A stretch of 64,000 bases of DNA. It comes from Acidobacteriota bacterium (lineage in GTDB: Bacteria > Acidobacteriota > Terriglobia > Terriglobales > Acidobacteriaceae). Made by a program: the position numbers and the translations under genes. Below are positions 1-10,039 of this stretch, in pieces. Within the stretch, counting starts at the first letter, position 1; every line of letters begins with the position of its first letter. The notes beneath the pieces are model-generated. The model was not told where the DNA came from. It was given only the letters and a program-made list of their open reading frames with translations, and did no database searches. The stretch lies in contig JBEPVW010000001.1 in assembly GCA_041690775.1 (NCBI GenBank), forward strand, positions 7,343 through 71,342, given 5' to 3'.

Positions 1-147
1 AGAGCATGGGAATAATTTTGGAATCCAATGAACGCATGCGAAAGAACTGAAGGAAGGAACTCCGGCCTGTAGCTCCTTCGGTTATCGCTTGCTCGGTAAG
101 AAGCTTCAAGGATATCTCTATATCGGCGTTGAGTATGCACGATTGAT

Positions 148-2487
148 TTAGAACTCACGGTCCGATGCCTGACTATGAAGAGTCGTTGTGTCCTGCCAGT
201 CAAACTTATCTTCACGAACGGGCAATTTATGAGAAGTTGCGTAACGATTCCGCACGTCCTGCACCTGATTCACCCAATCGCCGAGAGGTAACAGGAATTC
301 GCGGTCGATCAAGTAATCCAGACCCTCTTGCCGGCGGCGAGCGTCCTCGCTGGTTGCGGTGTCGACAAAGGGCTGTGGTTCGCGGGCCACGTGACGACCA
401 TTCGCCTCGCGCACTCGCGGAAACCAGGTTTTATACCAGGTGGTCGTAACTGCCTGCAACGTTTGATTGCGATCGTCTCGGATTTTTGTGGCAACATCGA
501 TCGCAGCATCCAGCGCGCCGATCGCCTCCGTATAGCGCAGTTTCATCGCCTCATTCCGGGCCGTTTCCAAATCACTGTTGATTTGCTCCAGACTCTTCAA
601 CAGCAACAGGTTATGACGACACAATTTTGCAATGGAAAGATAGACCTCGAGATTATATTGATGGAACTGAACTGCCTGTAGATTGCCGTAGAGAGAATCC
701 AGAAGCTCATCATTTTGTTCGAGGGATGCCTTCGCCAAGCTTATGCGGGGGGAATTTTCCTGGACCCAATCCCTGCCGGAGTAGAGGTAATCGCCGCTGG
801 GTACAGGAGGAAGTGGAAGTGTCTGGATATGCGGAACGAAAGGACCGGTGCCATACGAATAGCCGAAAATAAGGGGTAATGCGTTCGACGGCTTGCTGTC
901 CCAACTACTCGCAAAAAATTGGGCTTGCGTGCTCATCAATTGATAAAGCCGACCCATCTGGGTGCTTCCCTGGCCATAGAAGAGTGGGTAGAAACTTGCG
1001 GCCAGTTCACGCGGGTCCGGTGAACCAGGATGCCACGCAGCAGCAGCCCCAACCGCATATCCCAGCCAGAAGGTTTCGGGATGCGGTCCCTCATCACCCC
1101 ACGCATAAACTCCTGCTCCGATGATCTCCGCGTCCTTGCGAGCCGAACTAAAAGATATCTCATTGAAGACCTGCGACTGCCGGTCCTCCGTCGCTCGCGG
1201 ATGAACTTCTTTTTGTGGAGCAAGGACTGTGTTTACCGGAAACAGGGGATCGTCAGGCTGAGAATTTGTGTAGATCATCTGCGCGATGCCGTGTGCCCGG
1301 AACGCTCTGTTGTAGTCAGGACTGTAAACTTCTCCATTGATCAGCCCCATCGGCAATAATGGAATATCCTCGACTTGCAATGGAGTTTCACCCCAGAAGA
1401 TGACCTTACGCCCGCGAGCCTGCAGGTAAGAAGCGGTTTTCTGCGTGTATTCCACCCACATTTTGCTGGGGTTCCCCAACACCTTTGCCCGTTCAGCCTC
1501 GTGACACTGATCGTTGTCCGCCTTCCCGATAAACCATGCTTCATCCGTGGAAAGATGGAAATACTGCACACCCTTGGTAGCGTTTATCAGGTCTTGTTGC
1601 ATCCCTTCCAAAAGGCTGTAGGTCTCTGGATTTGTAGAACACATCTCAAATGCACTCTCTGGAAATTCCCTGAGATGTTTATATGCCTGATGTTCCAGGA
1701 TAAAGTTCACATGGGCGGGGCCGTCCAAATATGGGATGACTTGAAGGTGATAGTGCAATCCATAATTGGTCAGTTCCTGAAGTTGAGCCGGGGAAAGGGC
1801 ATAGGGAGCAACGAGCGCCGGAGCGCTGGAATATTGAAAATATTCATTCAATCGCAGCGCAAGCGCATTGATTTTGAAGGATGCAGCACGGCGGATAGCC
1901 TGCTTCAAAACATCGAAATGGTCCAGGTGCATCTGTTCGTCCCAAAATATTTCACGCAGTTTGACATCCGGCCAATCCACGATTTCGCCTTCTGGAAGCC
2001 ATAGCTCTCCCTGCTTCGGCTTTACCAGTTGGGCCAGCGTTTCGACGCCGTAGAAAAGTCCGGCAGGTGCGTTCGCAATAATCGAAACGGATTGCGGCTT
2101 CAGATCAATGCGATAGGCTTGTTTTTCGAGCTCGTTCCGGTTTGCGTCCTGCGCTGTGCCGATCTGCACACTGCCCGGCGCGATGCGCAGCGAGATCATT
2201 CCGCTGGAACTGCCACGTGCGTCCAGCGTCACATCAAACCTCTCCTGAAGGACCTGTCGCAGTGTTTCGACAGCCACGTCGTTGGCGGGCACGCTAGAAT
2301 CGAGCTTCACCCGCCAGCCGGTGCCGAACCGAAAATCCTTCGACTCCAGCGTTACCTTCTGCGGCTCGGGAATGGTCGTATAGCCGCGCGCATACAGGGG
2401 GGAAACCGTCGTTGCCCAGCAGCCTCCACAGAACCCGCCGCAAAGGAGCGCAATCCACAAAGGCCAGCCGCGATGCATACGTTTCAT
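148..2487 (-). CDS. Secreted glycoside hydrolase family 20-like protein (beta-N-acetylhexosaminidase family), paralog A
   Basis: ORF 148..2523. The likely start is ATG 2487, giving the signal peptide MKRMHRGWPLWIALLCGGFCGG. GH20b-like N-domain motif AYRIDL..ANAPAGLFYGVETLAQL. Catalytic-domain motifs DWPD..R, FKINAL, IPYLDGPAHV and an acidic D-E pair in FHLSTDEAWF. Clear paralog of 6815..9145. Confidence 0.7.
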   Translation of the reverse strand: MKRMHRGWPLWIALLCGGFCGGCWATTVSPLYARGYTTIPEPQKVTLESKDFRFGTGWRVKLDSSVPANDVAVETLRQVLQERFDVTLDARGSSSGMISLRIAPGSVQIGTAQDANRNELEKQAYRIDLKPQSVSIIANAPAGLFYGVETLAQLVKPKQGELWLPEGEIVDWPDVKLREIFWDEQMHLDHFDVLKQAIRRAASFKINALALRLNEYFQYSSAPALVAPYALSPAQLQELTNYGLHYHLQVIPYLDGPAHVNFILEHQAYKHLREFPESAFEMCSTNPETYSLLEGMQQDLINATKGVQYFHLSTDEAWFIGKADNDQCHEAERAKVLGNPSKMWVEYTQKTASYLQARGRKVIFWGETPLQVEDIPLLPMGLINGEVYSPDYNRAFRAHGIAQMIYTNSQPDDPLFPVNTVLAPQKEVHPRATEDRQSQVFNEISFSSARKDAEIIGAGVYAWGDEGPHPETFWLGYAVGAAAAWHPGSPDPRELAASFYPLFYGQGSTQMGRLYQLMSTQAQFFASSWDSKPSNALPLIFGYSYGTGPFVPHIQTLPLPPVPSGDYLYSGRDWVQENSPRISLAKASLEQNDELLDSLYGNLQAVQFHQYNLEVYLSIAKLCRHNLLLLKSLEQINSDLETARNEAMKLRYTEAIGALDAAIDVATKIRDDRNQTLQAVTTTWYKTWFPRVREANGRHVAREPQPFVDTATSEDARRRQEGLDYLIDREFLLPLGDWVNQVQDVRNRYATSHKLPVREDKFDWQDTTTLHSQASDREF

Positions 2488-2545
2488 CCCGATAGGGCCT
2501 CCCGCGCCCCCAATTACAGCCACAGCGCGCAGTGTCTGCGGGTGC

Positions 2546-5500
2546 TCACCATAACAGCTTCATTCCGAGCTGCAGCTCCCGTCCCTGATGGCCCGGATTT
2601 GTGGTGGAGCGGATTACTCCGAAAGCGCTGGAGCTGGCGTTCGAGCTCGGATTCGCGAAGTTCACCTGGTTGAACGTGTTGAAGCTTTCCAGCCGGAACT
2701 GCAAGCGGAAGGTGGCGGGCAGAGCAAACGTCTTCAGAACCGATGCATCCGTATTTGCATAGGCCGGGCCGTAGATAAAGCCGCGGCTTGTGTTTCCATA
2801 CGTACCCAGTGGCGTGTCGTTGGGGTTTTGAAACGCCGCCGTGTTGAAAAACTCCGCCACCATCGCGGGCCGGTTCGGGTGGCTCACCCGGACTGTGTTG
2901 GCCGACTGGCCTGGCAGAAGCTGCGCGTGCTGGGCGCCGCTGCCGGTACCGTCCACAGCCACGTCCTGACCGGCACGAAACGTAATCGGCAGACCGCTCT
3001 GGACCGTTTGAATGGCGGTCACCGTCCAACCGCCCAGCAGGCTGTTCGCGACCTGATTCGAAAAATGGATTGGGAGGTTATACAGCCAGGAGACGACAAA
3101 GGTATTTGTCCGGTTGAAATCCGACAGGCCGTAATCTGCTTCGAGATTGAACGGGTTGGCAATGTCTCCGCTGGAGTTGTTATTAGAGATCATGTCCAGC
3201 GACCTCGCCCAGGTGTAACTGGCCAGGATCGTCGCCCCGTTGCCGAAGCGCTTGGTGCCCTGGACTTCCAGGGCGTTATAGTTGCTGTGCATGTAATTCT
3301 CGTAGGTGTAACCCGCCGGGCCCAGAATGCCGGGTTCGTCTTTGACGCGGTCATTCACGTTACCTTCCGAGGGCGGGTCGCCGGTGATCGGGTCCGGAAT
3401 GAACAGAGCCGGATTTTTGGGAACATATCCGGGAATGCGCGAGCCTTTGTTTCCCACGTAGGAGGCTTCAACCATCAGCGTCGACGTAATCTGCCTCTGC
3501 ACGGAGAAGTCGTACTCCTGATAATAGGGCAGTTTCAGATTGGTGCTGTTGTAGAGTCCGCTCAGCGGCAGTGGAAAGATCCCGCAGTCGTAAAAGGGAT
3601 AGGTGGGGATCTTCGTACAATCGAATTTTCCAGGCAGGGAAACCGGCGGATTCGACAGGCCGGTCGACGTAAACGGATCGGCCGCATCGCCCCGAAAAGC
3701 CGACTGCGTACCGGCGTAGGGCGCATTGATCTGCGCGAGCGAGTCCGCGTTGATCGCGTTATAGAAAATTCCGTAGCCGCCGCGGACGCTCGTCTTGCCA
3801 TCTCCGAAGACGTCCCAGGCGAATCCGACGCGGGGAGCAAAGTTCTTCAGATCGGCCGGTGAAATTCCCTTGGCGATGCCAGGATCGCCCGGAAACAGAA
3901 TGCCGGGAGGTGCTCCCGGATTGACCACTGATTGACGACCGGGGATCGACGTGGTCAGCGCGTTGTTCTTGGCCGTCCACGGCAGGAACGGTTCCCATCG
4001 GAGGCCGTAAGTTAGGGTTACGCGGGGCGTCGCCCGCCAAGTGTCCTGAGCGTAAATGGAGTTGTACCAGGTACGGTCATCGTTGACCGCCAATCCAAAG
4101 GCCACCGTGGTCGTATCGTAGGCCCCCAGGATGAAATCGGCGACTGGATCTCCGCTCCGGACCCCATCGAATTCAAAACTCGGCGGGTAAAGAAATGCCT
4201 GGTAGAAGTGGAGCTTTAAAGCCTGAAATCCGAGCTCGAAGGTGTGATTGCCCTGTATCCAGGTTACATCGTCGGCAAATTGATAGTTTTGCCCGGAATA
4301 TTGGGTTACGTTGCCTCCCCCGAGGGTGAATTGGCCGGCAACATCTACGTTGACGGCGCCAGACGGAGAAAACGCCGCAAGATAATTCGGCAGGTTAATT
4401 TTCAGGCTTGCGTTCGAGACGCTCGTGCTCGGTCCGTCTTCCGAAAATGGGTTCATCACGGAAAAGGTCGCCTGGTTGAGGAGATTGGGGCTGAAAGTGT
4501 AGATGTCGTTGACCACCCCTTCCTTGATATTCACCCTGTTGGTTGTGCCCACGTATCCGGGAATGTTCCCTCCGGCAAAAGGCGTGGAAGTGTTTTCTTC
4601 CATCTGGTAATAGTGGCCATAAATCAGGTTTCTCGCGCTTTGATGCCAATCCACCCGGATGTTGCCCAGGTTGCTCGTGATCGGACTCGCGCCCAGCGAG
4701 ACCAGAGTTCCGGATGAGGTTTGGGGCACATAGTTCAGCAGAGCTGTTGCGACCGGGCTGATGCAGCCGGGGATAACTTGGTTCGCGTTGACGCAGGGAG
4801 TTCCGTTGGCGTCAGTCAGGGGCAGCCCGGTAATGGGATCTACCGGATCGGCCAAGGTTGTGCTGGAGCTGGTGAAGTCGCCGCTGCGCTCAGCCGCGCT
4901 GGGAAGGATAGCCTCCTGGCTCTGGGCTTCGCCATGGTCGGTCAGGCCTTGATACGACGCGTAGAAAAATAGCTTGTTTCTTACGATGGGTCCGCCGAGC
5001 GCGGCGCCGAACTGGTTTTGCTTTTCCGCGGGCACTGTCGGCGAGAAATAATCGCGCGCATTCAAAGCGTCGTTTCGCAGAAATTCCCAGGCGGCGCCGT
5101 GAAAGGAATTAGTCCCGCCTTTCGAGACAACCTGAACCTGCGCGCCGGAATTGAAGCCATATTGTGCTTCGAAATTCGTCGTCAGAATGCGGAATTGCGC
5201 AATCGCGTCCGGTGGCGGCATGTTGATGCCCGTGTTGCGGGACGGATTATTGAAATACGCCCCGTCGAACGTATAGAAGGCGGCGTTCGGCAACCCACCG
5301 CTGACGTCCATCTCAGGTCCGCCACGCGCGCCGTCTCCCTGCACCATCGTTTGCGGCGCCTGGACGTTCGTGACGCCGGGAAGAATTCCCGCCAAGCTCA
5401 TCACATTCCGCCCGTTCAGCGGCAGGTCCACGATCCGCCGGTCGTCCACCAAGCCCGATAACGTATTGGAGGTGGTGTCGACCAGCGGTACCGTGCTGGT

Positions 5501-5920
5501 TACGTTGACTTTGCTCTGGACGGAGCCGACCTTCAATTGCGAGTCGGCGCGTACGTTTTGCGAGACGGTCAGCTGGACGCCTGACTGCGCTTCCGTCTGG
5601 AAACCGGGCGCTTCGAAGGTAAGGGTGTAGGTGCCAGGAAGCAGGGCGGTGAAGCGATAGAATCCAGAGGCGTCTGAGTTGGCTGTTCGGATGCTGTGCT
5701 GCTCGGTCATCGTCGCCGTAACCTTGGCGCCAGTCAGCGCCGCGCCGGCAGGATCGCGTACAAAGCCGGAAATGGTTCCAGTACTCTGCGCGAGCGCGAT
5801 GGGGGCAATCGTCAGAAGTATGACAATTAGCCATGCAAGCAGTGGCGGCGCGCCATGCCGCGTTCGTGATGTAACAGGATGTGTCGAAATAAAAACGGAA
5901 GAGGTTATGCAACTTGTCAT
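2546..5920 (-). CDS. TonB-dependent receptor-like outer-membrane protein with N-terminal carboxypeptidase-regulatory-like domain
   Basis: 1124-aa ORF. Signal/TM segment, then a CarboxypepD_reg-type beta-sandwich (GTISGFVRDPAGAALTGAKVTATMTEQ..SGFYRFTALLPGTYTLTFEAPGFQ). A long G/Y/N/F-rich strand-like region follows, with a C-terminal aromatic residue (..LQLGMKLLW). Confidence 0.85.
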   Translation of the reverse strand: MTSCITSSVFISTHPVTSRTRHGAPPLLAWLIVILLTIAPIALAQSTGTISGFVRDPAGAALTGAKVTATMTEQHSIRTANSDASGFYRFTALLPGTYTLTFEAPGFQTEAQSGVQLTVSQNVRADSQLKVGSVQSKVNVTSTVPLVDTTSNTLSGLVDDRRIVDLPLNGRNVMSLAGILPGVTNVQAPQTMVQGDGARGGPEMDVSGGLPNAAFYTFDGAYFNNPSRNTGINMPPPDAIAQFRILTTNFEAQYGFNSGAQVQVVSKGGTNSFHGAAWEFLRNDALNARDYFSPTVPAEKQNQFGAALGGPIVRNKLFFYASYQGLTDHGEAQSQEAILPSAAERSGDFTSSSTTLADPVDPITGLPLTDANGTPCVNANQVIPGCISPVATALLNYVPQTSSGTLVSLGASPITSNLGNIRVDWHQSARNLIYGHYYQMEENTSTPFAGGNIPGYVGTTNRVNIKEGVVNDIYTFSPNLLNQATFSVMNPFSEDGPSTSVSNASLKINLPNYLAAFSPSGAVNVDVAGQFTLGGGNVTQYSGQNYQFADDVTWIQGNHTFELGFQALKLHFYQAFLYPPSFEFDGVRSGDPVADFILGAYDTTTVAFGLAVNDDRTWYNSIYAQDTWRATPRVTLTYGLRWEPFLPWTAKNNALTTSIPGRQSVVNPGAPPGILFPGDPGIAKGISPADLKNFAPRVGFAWDVFGDGKTSVRGGYGIFYNAINADSLAQINAPYAGTQSAFRGDAADPFTSTGLSNPPVSLPGKFDCTKIPTYPFYDCGIFPLPLSGLYNSTNLKLPYYQEYDFSVQRQITSTLMVEASYVGNKGSRIPGYVPKNPALFIPDPITGDPPSEGNVNDRVKDEPGILGPAGYTYENYMHSNYNALEVQGTKRFGNGATILASYTWARSLDMISNNNSSGDIANPFNLEADYGLSDFNRTNTFVVSWLYNLPIHFSNQVANSLLGGWTVTAIQTVQSGLPITFRAGQDVAVDGTGSGAQHAQLLPGQSANTVRVSHPNRPAMVAEFFNTAAFQNPNDTPLGTYGNTSRGFIYGPAYANTDASVLKTFALPATFRLQFRLESFNTFNQVNFANPSSNASSSAFGVIRSTTNPGHQGRELQLGMKLLW

Positions 5921-6814
5921 GAATTACCTCCAAGCAAACCTCACAGTTATTGAGAGAAGGTTGACGTGCAGACAAGAAGATCCAATGTTTAATGACACAT
6001 TTTTTGGTGACAGATAAAGCTACTTTCCTATTGAGCAATAGCCACCGTATACCGCGTTTCAAATCGGTGTCAAGCCCAAAAAGTACTCGGTTGAAAGTAG
6101 GTTCGCACCACCGCTTCAGGTTCCGTGCCTTGTGGTTGAGTAATTCCGCGCGCGGGTCAGGAGGGGAGAATGAGTCGCCCCAAAGAAGAATATTGTTCGT
6201 ATCACTATCCGCTGCGATTCATCAGATAGTGCACTACGGTGCGCGCATCCTTCGAACGTTGACCTAGACGGTGGCGCCGTGCATCCTTTCGTTTGCTGCC
6301 AGCGCGGTGCTCGATTTCTCGCGTACGCCTGTGCCAGAGCCATGTTCGACGCGCGCCTTGAAGCACGAATACCCGGCGCTGTTCCTCCAATTCCTCGAAC
6401 ATCGCCCAGACAAACTTCGATACCCTTGCCTCAACAATGCTGAAATATCGTTACACTGCTGTCTAAGGAACGCTTCTTTGCCAGCTTGTACAAAAGCAAC
6501 CACGACGGGAGAGCACTGTCCCGCGGTAGCCGGGGTTTGATCAGGAACAAGAGGACTGCGATACCCGGAGCAGTATCGAGTGTGATGGCATCGACTGCCA
6601 CCACCACCCGGTCAGGCTTAGATCAAAACAACCTGCTGATACACGACACTTAGCTAGCCGCAGTACACAGATGAGCTTTGTACAGAACGATTACGGTGTG
6701 CATACCCCTTTTCGTTCTCCCAAGAGCAGCTTGGATCCGGTTGGATTGGCAGGTTGACGGCATTATTATTGCTCCATTAAGTGTTCCGGTCTTTCGAGGA
6801 GGGGGTTGTTGCTT

Positions 6815-9145
6815 ATGAAGTCTTTCTTAATTGCCGTTATTATCGGTTCGCTTGGTTCCGGCGCTGTAGCGCAAACAGTATCTCCGCTGTTTGCCCGCGG
6901 TTATACGGTGCTTCCCGAGCCACAGAAGATTTTCCTGCAAGACCACGACTTCGCCTTTGGCGAGGGCTGGCAATTGAAGCTCGACAAGAGTGTTGCTTCG
7001 AACGATGTTGCGGTACAGGTTCTGCGGGAAGACCTTGCCGACAGGTTCGATGTCACTCTAGACGCGGCAGGAAAGCAGGCTGGTGTTCTCATACTAAGGA
7101 TAGCCAAAGACAGTGTGACGATCGGCAACGCACAGGACAACAATAAAGCAGCGCTGGAGGAGCAGGCCTATCGCATCGACCTCCACAAAAATTCCGTGGC
7201 GATTACCGCCAATGCTCCGACAGGCCTTTTCTACGGAGTCGAAACTCTAGTGCAACTGGTAAAGCTGGAAAAAGGAAAACTATGGCTGCCGGAAGGCAGC
7301 ATTGTGGACTGGCCCGATCTCCAGTTGCGTCAGATTTATTGGGACAACAACCATCACCTGGAGAGGATGAACGCCTTCAAACATGCCCTGCGCCAGGCCT
7401 CCTTCTATAAGATCAACGGATTCGTGGTCAAACTGAATGGCCACTTCCAATACAAGAGCGCGCCCGCTGTGGTCCAACCGTATGCGCTAAGTCCGGCCCA
7501 GCTCCAGGAACTCACGGACTATGGACTGCGGTATCACATCCAGCTTATTCCCTATCTGGACGGTCCGGCACATGTCGCCTTTATTCTGAAGCATCCTGAA
7601 TACAAGCATCTCAGGGCATTTCCCGACAGCAATTACGAAATTTGCGTGACCAATCCGGCTTCTTATAAGTTGCTCGAAGGCATGTATCAGGACATGCTGG
7701 ATGCCAACAAAGGTGTGAAGTATTTTTACCTATCGACGGATGAACCTTACTTTTTGGGTATGTCGCACAACTCGCAATGCAACGAAGCAGATCTCGCCAA
7801 ACAATTGGGATCTCCGGGGCAAGTGTTTGCACATTTTGTCACCAAATCAAGCGATTATCTGCATGATCGAGGAAGAACGGTAATATTCTGGGGAGAATCC
7901 CCGTTGACGCCGAGCGATATCCCAGCCCTTCCATCGTATTTGGTCAATGGCGAGGTCTACGGACCCACTTTCGATAAAGCTTTCCGCCAACATGGCATCC
8001 GACAGATGATTTACACCTCCACCCAGGGTGCAGAAGAGATGTTCCCCGATTACTCGATCTTGCCTCAGCGCAAACGCCTGCACCAAGGCGAATCGGATGA
8101 TGAGTTTGCGGATCATCAGAGCGATCCAATAATCGGCACTATCTTCAATAAAATCTCGAGCGATTCGTCGCGCCTCGACTCCGATCTTATTGGTGAGATT
8201 AATGCGGGTTGGGGTGATAGTGGATTGCATCCGGAAACATTTTGGCTCGGGTATGTTGCCAGCGGTGCGGCAGGGTGGCATCCCGGGTCTCCCAGTCCGC
8301 AGGAAGTAATGAGTACTTTCTATCCCCTGTTCTACGGCTCACGGGTCGTGAGCATGAACCGTATTTACAAGTTGATGAGTTGGCAGGCCCAGGCATGGTC
8401 GGATAGCTGGGACCCAACGCCGTCGAAGGCTCGGAAGCCGCTCTGGGGATCGTATTATGGAATCTTTACTCCCCCTCATCTCGCGCACGACCAAACCCTG
8501 CCGCTGCCCCCGGTTCCTGGTGCCGATCTAAACTACAGCTCCACATGGTCCACCACGAACGCCAGACGAATTTCATTGATCTCACGCGCAGCAGAACGCA
8601 ACGATGATTTGTTGGGCCTGCTCAATGAAAACATGCAGAGGGCACAATTCGACCGCTACAATCTCGAAGTTTATCTATCGATCGCCGCATTCTATCGCCA
8701 GAACGTTGAAATGATCGCCGGAATCCATCGGATGGATATGGATCTTGCTTCCGCGTCGCAAATTAAAGACAAGGATCCGAAGGAAGCAATCGCCGATGTA
8801 GATCGGGCCCTCGATACAGCTACCTCTATTTTGGCAGAGCGCAACCAGGCGTTGCAGAATGCAATTACCACCTGGGGTAAGACCTGGCATCCGCGTGTAA
8901 CCGAGGCCAATAGCCGACACTTCCTGCACGAGATGGATGACGTAAAAGATCATCTCCCCGATCGCACCGTCGATATGACCTATCTGGTGTATCGCGAGAA
9001 GATTCTTCCCTTCGGGAAATGGGTAAATGCGATTACGGCGGCAAGAAACCAGTTCGCCCAGGCGCACCATCTTCCGACAAGAGAGTACCAGCTGGCATGG
9101 GAGGATTTCATTGTCACACCACAGGTGATAACTCGCGGAGATTGA
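6815..9145 (+). CDS. Secreted glycoside hydrolase family 20-like protein, paralog B
   Basis: ORF 6806..9145. ATG 6815 is preceded by GAGGAGGGGG. Signal peptide MKSFLIAVIIGSLGSGAVAQ. Same motif set as paralog A (AYRIDL..ANAPTGLFYGVETLVQL, DWPDLQLR, IPYLDGPAHV, FYLSTDEPYF). Confidence 0.7.
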   Translation: MKSFLIAVIIGSLGSGAVAQTVSPLFARGYTVLPEPQKIFLQDHDFAFGEGWQLKLDKSVASNDVAVQVLREDLADRFDVTLDAAGKQAGVLILRIAKDSVTIGNAQDNNKAALEEQAYRIDLHKNSVAITANAPTGLFYGVETLVQLVKLEKGKLWLPEGSIVDWPDLQLRQIYWDNNHHLERMNAFKHALRQASFYKINGFVVKLNGHFQYKSAPAVVQPYALSPAQLQELTDYGLRYHIQLIPYLDGPAHVAFILKHPEYKHLRAFPDSNYEICVTNPASYKLLEGMYQDMLDANKGVKYFYLSTDEPYFLGMSHNSQCNEADLAKQLGSPGQVFAHFVTKSSDYLHDRGRTVIFWGESPLTPSDIPALPSYLVNGEVYGPTFDKAFRQHGIRQMIYTSTQGAEEMFPDYSILPQRKRLHQGESDDEFADHQSDPIIGTIFNKISSDSSRLDSDLIGEINAGWGDSGLHPETFWLGYVASGAAGWHPGSPSPQEVMSTFYPLFYGSRVVSMNRIYKLMSWQAQAWSDSWDPTPSKARKPLWGSYYGIFTPPHLAHDQTLPLPPVPGADLNYSSTWSTTNARRISLISRAAERNDDLLGLLNENMQRAQFDRYNLEVYLSIAAFYRQNVEMIAGIHRMDMDLASASQIKDKDPKEAIADVDRALDTATSILAERNQALQNAITTWGKTWHPRVTEANSRHFLHEMDDVKDHLPDRTVDMTYLVYREKILPFGKWVNAITAARNQFAQAHHLPTREYQLAWEDFIVTPQVITRGD

Positions 9146-9289
9146 CCCGGTCTCTAACGGTGGCTGGATTGAAATACTTGGTGAGCCACAAATCTAATTG
9201 GGCTGTCTGAAACCTCGTACAGAGAAGCCTTGAAAGAAAGGTTTCCATGCTCGTTTAAAGATTTCTTTGGATGTCTTCGAATAGGTTCA

Positions 9290-9380
9290 TGGCGGAGGGA
9301 GAGGGATTCGAACCCCCGTTACCCTTGCGGGGTAAAGCGGTTTTCAAGACCGCCTGTTTCAACCGCTCACACATCCCTCC
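9290..9380 (-). tRNA. tRNA-Ser (anticodon UGA), type II with long variable arm
   Basis: The reverse complement reads GGAGGGA..GCGGT-CTTGAAA-ACCGC..long variable arm..GGGGGTTCGAATCCCTC-TCCCTCC-G-CCA. There is a 7-bp acceptor stem, the anticodon loop CU-UGA-AA, a T-loop TTCGAAT and an encoded CCA. Confidence 0.9.
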
Positions 9381-9479
9381 GCGGGAGTGAAGGTGTTTGC
9401 TTTCGTCATTGTATGATGACTTCGACTTTTGCTTCTTCAGCCCTGGTCGCATATTGGTTGCGCACTACCGTTAGCTGCT

Positions 9480-9866
9480 CTATTTTTCGTCAACGATGAC
9501 GAGATTCCACGGCTGCACGGTGACGGTTTGCCCGTGAGCAATGGGTCGTGACGTGGGCAAGTCGACTCTATCAGCATAAGGATAGACAAACTGCCTCGCG
9601 GAATTTGTGTAATTCAGGTAGTAATCGATGCGCTTGCCGAAACGGTTTACACCATGCTTCACGTGAATCGACGATGGCAGCGCCTGATCCGGACCTGTCA
9701 GGCCGGCATGCTGCAGTACATCCATGACCACTCGACGTTGCAGTTCATCGGATAAGTAAGTGCCTTCGTAGGTAAGCGTACCGGATCCATAGTGATTGCG
9801 GGTAATCGCTGGCCACCTGCCGAAAAAGGGATCGTCATACCAGGCCAGCGCCGTGGCGTGCCTGAT
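9480..9866 (-). pseudogene. 3' remnant of a GH42 beta-galactosidase gene (C-terminal ~128 codons only)
   Basis: The minus-strand frame opens just after an in-frame TGA (rc of 9867..9869). It reads IRHATALAWYDDPFFGRWPAITRNHYGSGTLTYEGTYLSDELQRRVVMDVLQHAGL..GQTVTVQPWNLVIVDEK*. This resembles only the C-terminal domain of GH42 enzymes. No catalytic N-terminal part is present upstream in any frame. Confidence 0.55.
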
Positions 9867-9893
9867 TCAGATGCGAAATGCACGAGATGTTCA

Positions 9894-9907
9894 GGTAAAT
9901 GTTTACC
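9894..9907. promoter_or_regulatory. LacI-type palindromic operator candidate (distal)
   Basis: GGTAAATGTTTACC has perfect 6+6 inverted arms (GGTAAA / TTTACC). The same core recurs at 10026..10039. A LacI-family regulator gene lies 1.9 kb downstream. Confidence 0.4.
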
Positions 9908-9985
9908 ATAAGACTGCCCTGACTTCGAATGAATTGAACAGTCAAAACCACCATTTGATAAAAAATACGTCCTGCAAACTCAGTA

Positions 9986-10015
9986 TTGACAGAGAGTAGA
10001 AAATCTCATTATAGT
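9986..10015 (+). promoter_or_regulatory. Sigma70-like promoter candidate for the isomerase gene
   Basis: TTGACA (9986..9991), an 18-nt spacer, then TATAGT (10010..10015). It sits in an AT-rich intergenic region and is oriented toward 10221..11645. Confidence 0.4.
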
Positions 10016-10025
10016 AATTCACTAA

Positions 10026-10039
10026 GGTAAATGTTTACT
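10026..10039. promoter_or_regulatory. LacI-type operator candidate (proximal, overlapping predicted transcription start)
   Basis: GGTAAATGTTTACT lies ~11 nt downstream of the TATAGT -10 box. It shares the 13-nt core GGTAAATGTTTAC with the site at 9894..9907. Confidence 0.4.

Noticed and set aside
2588-5630. Several plus-strand ORFs of 85-424 aa inside the TonB-dependent receptor gene (2588..3862, 4244..4717, 5018..5461 and others)
   Set aside because: These are typical high-GC antisense open frames (Arg/Gly/Val-rich). The minus-strand frame carries clear domain signatures over its full length.
5921-6805. Three overlapping minus-strand ORFs (6116..6343, 6205..6402, 6264..6503) that could be pieces of a frameshifted gene in the long divergent intergenic region
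   Set aside because: None of the frames shows a motif I can recognise (no HTH, transposase or integrase signatures). Overlapping open frames of this size are expected by chance at this GC content.
9230-9499. 89-aa (+) and 65-aa (-) ORFs around 9230..9499
   Set aside because: They overlap the tRNA-Ser gene, and the translated strings are the tRNA sequence read as protein.
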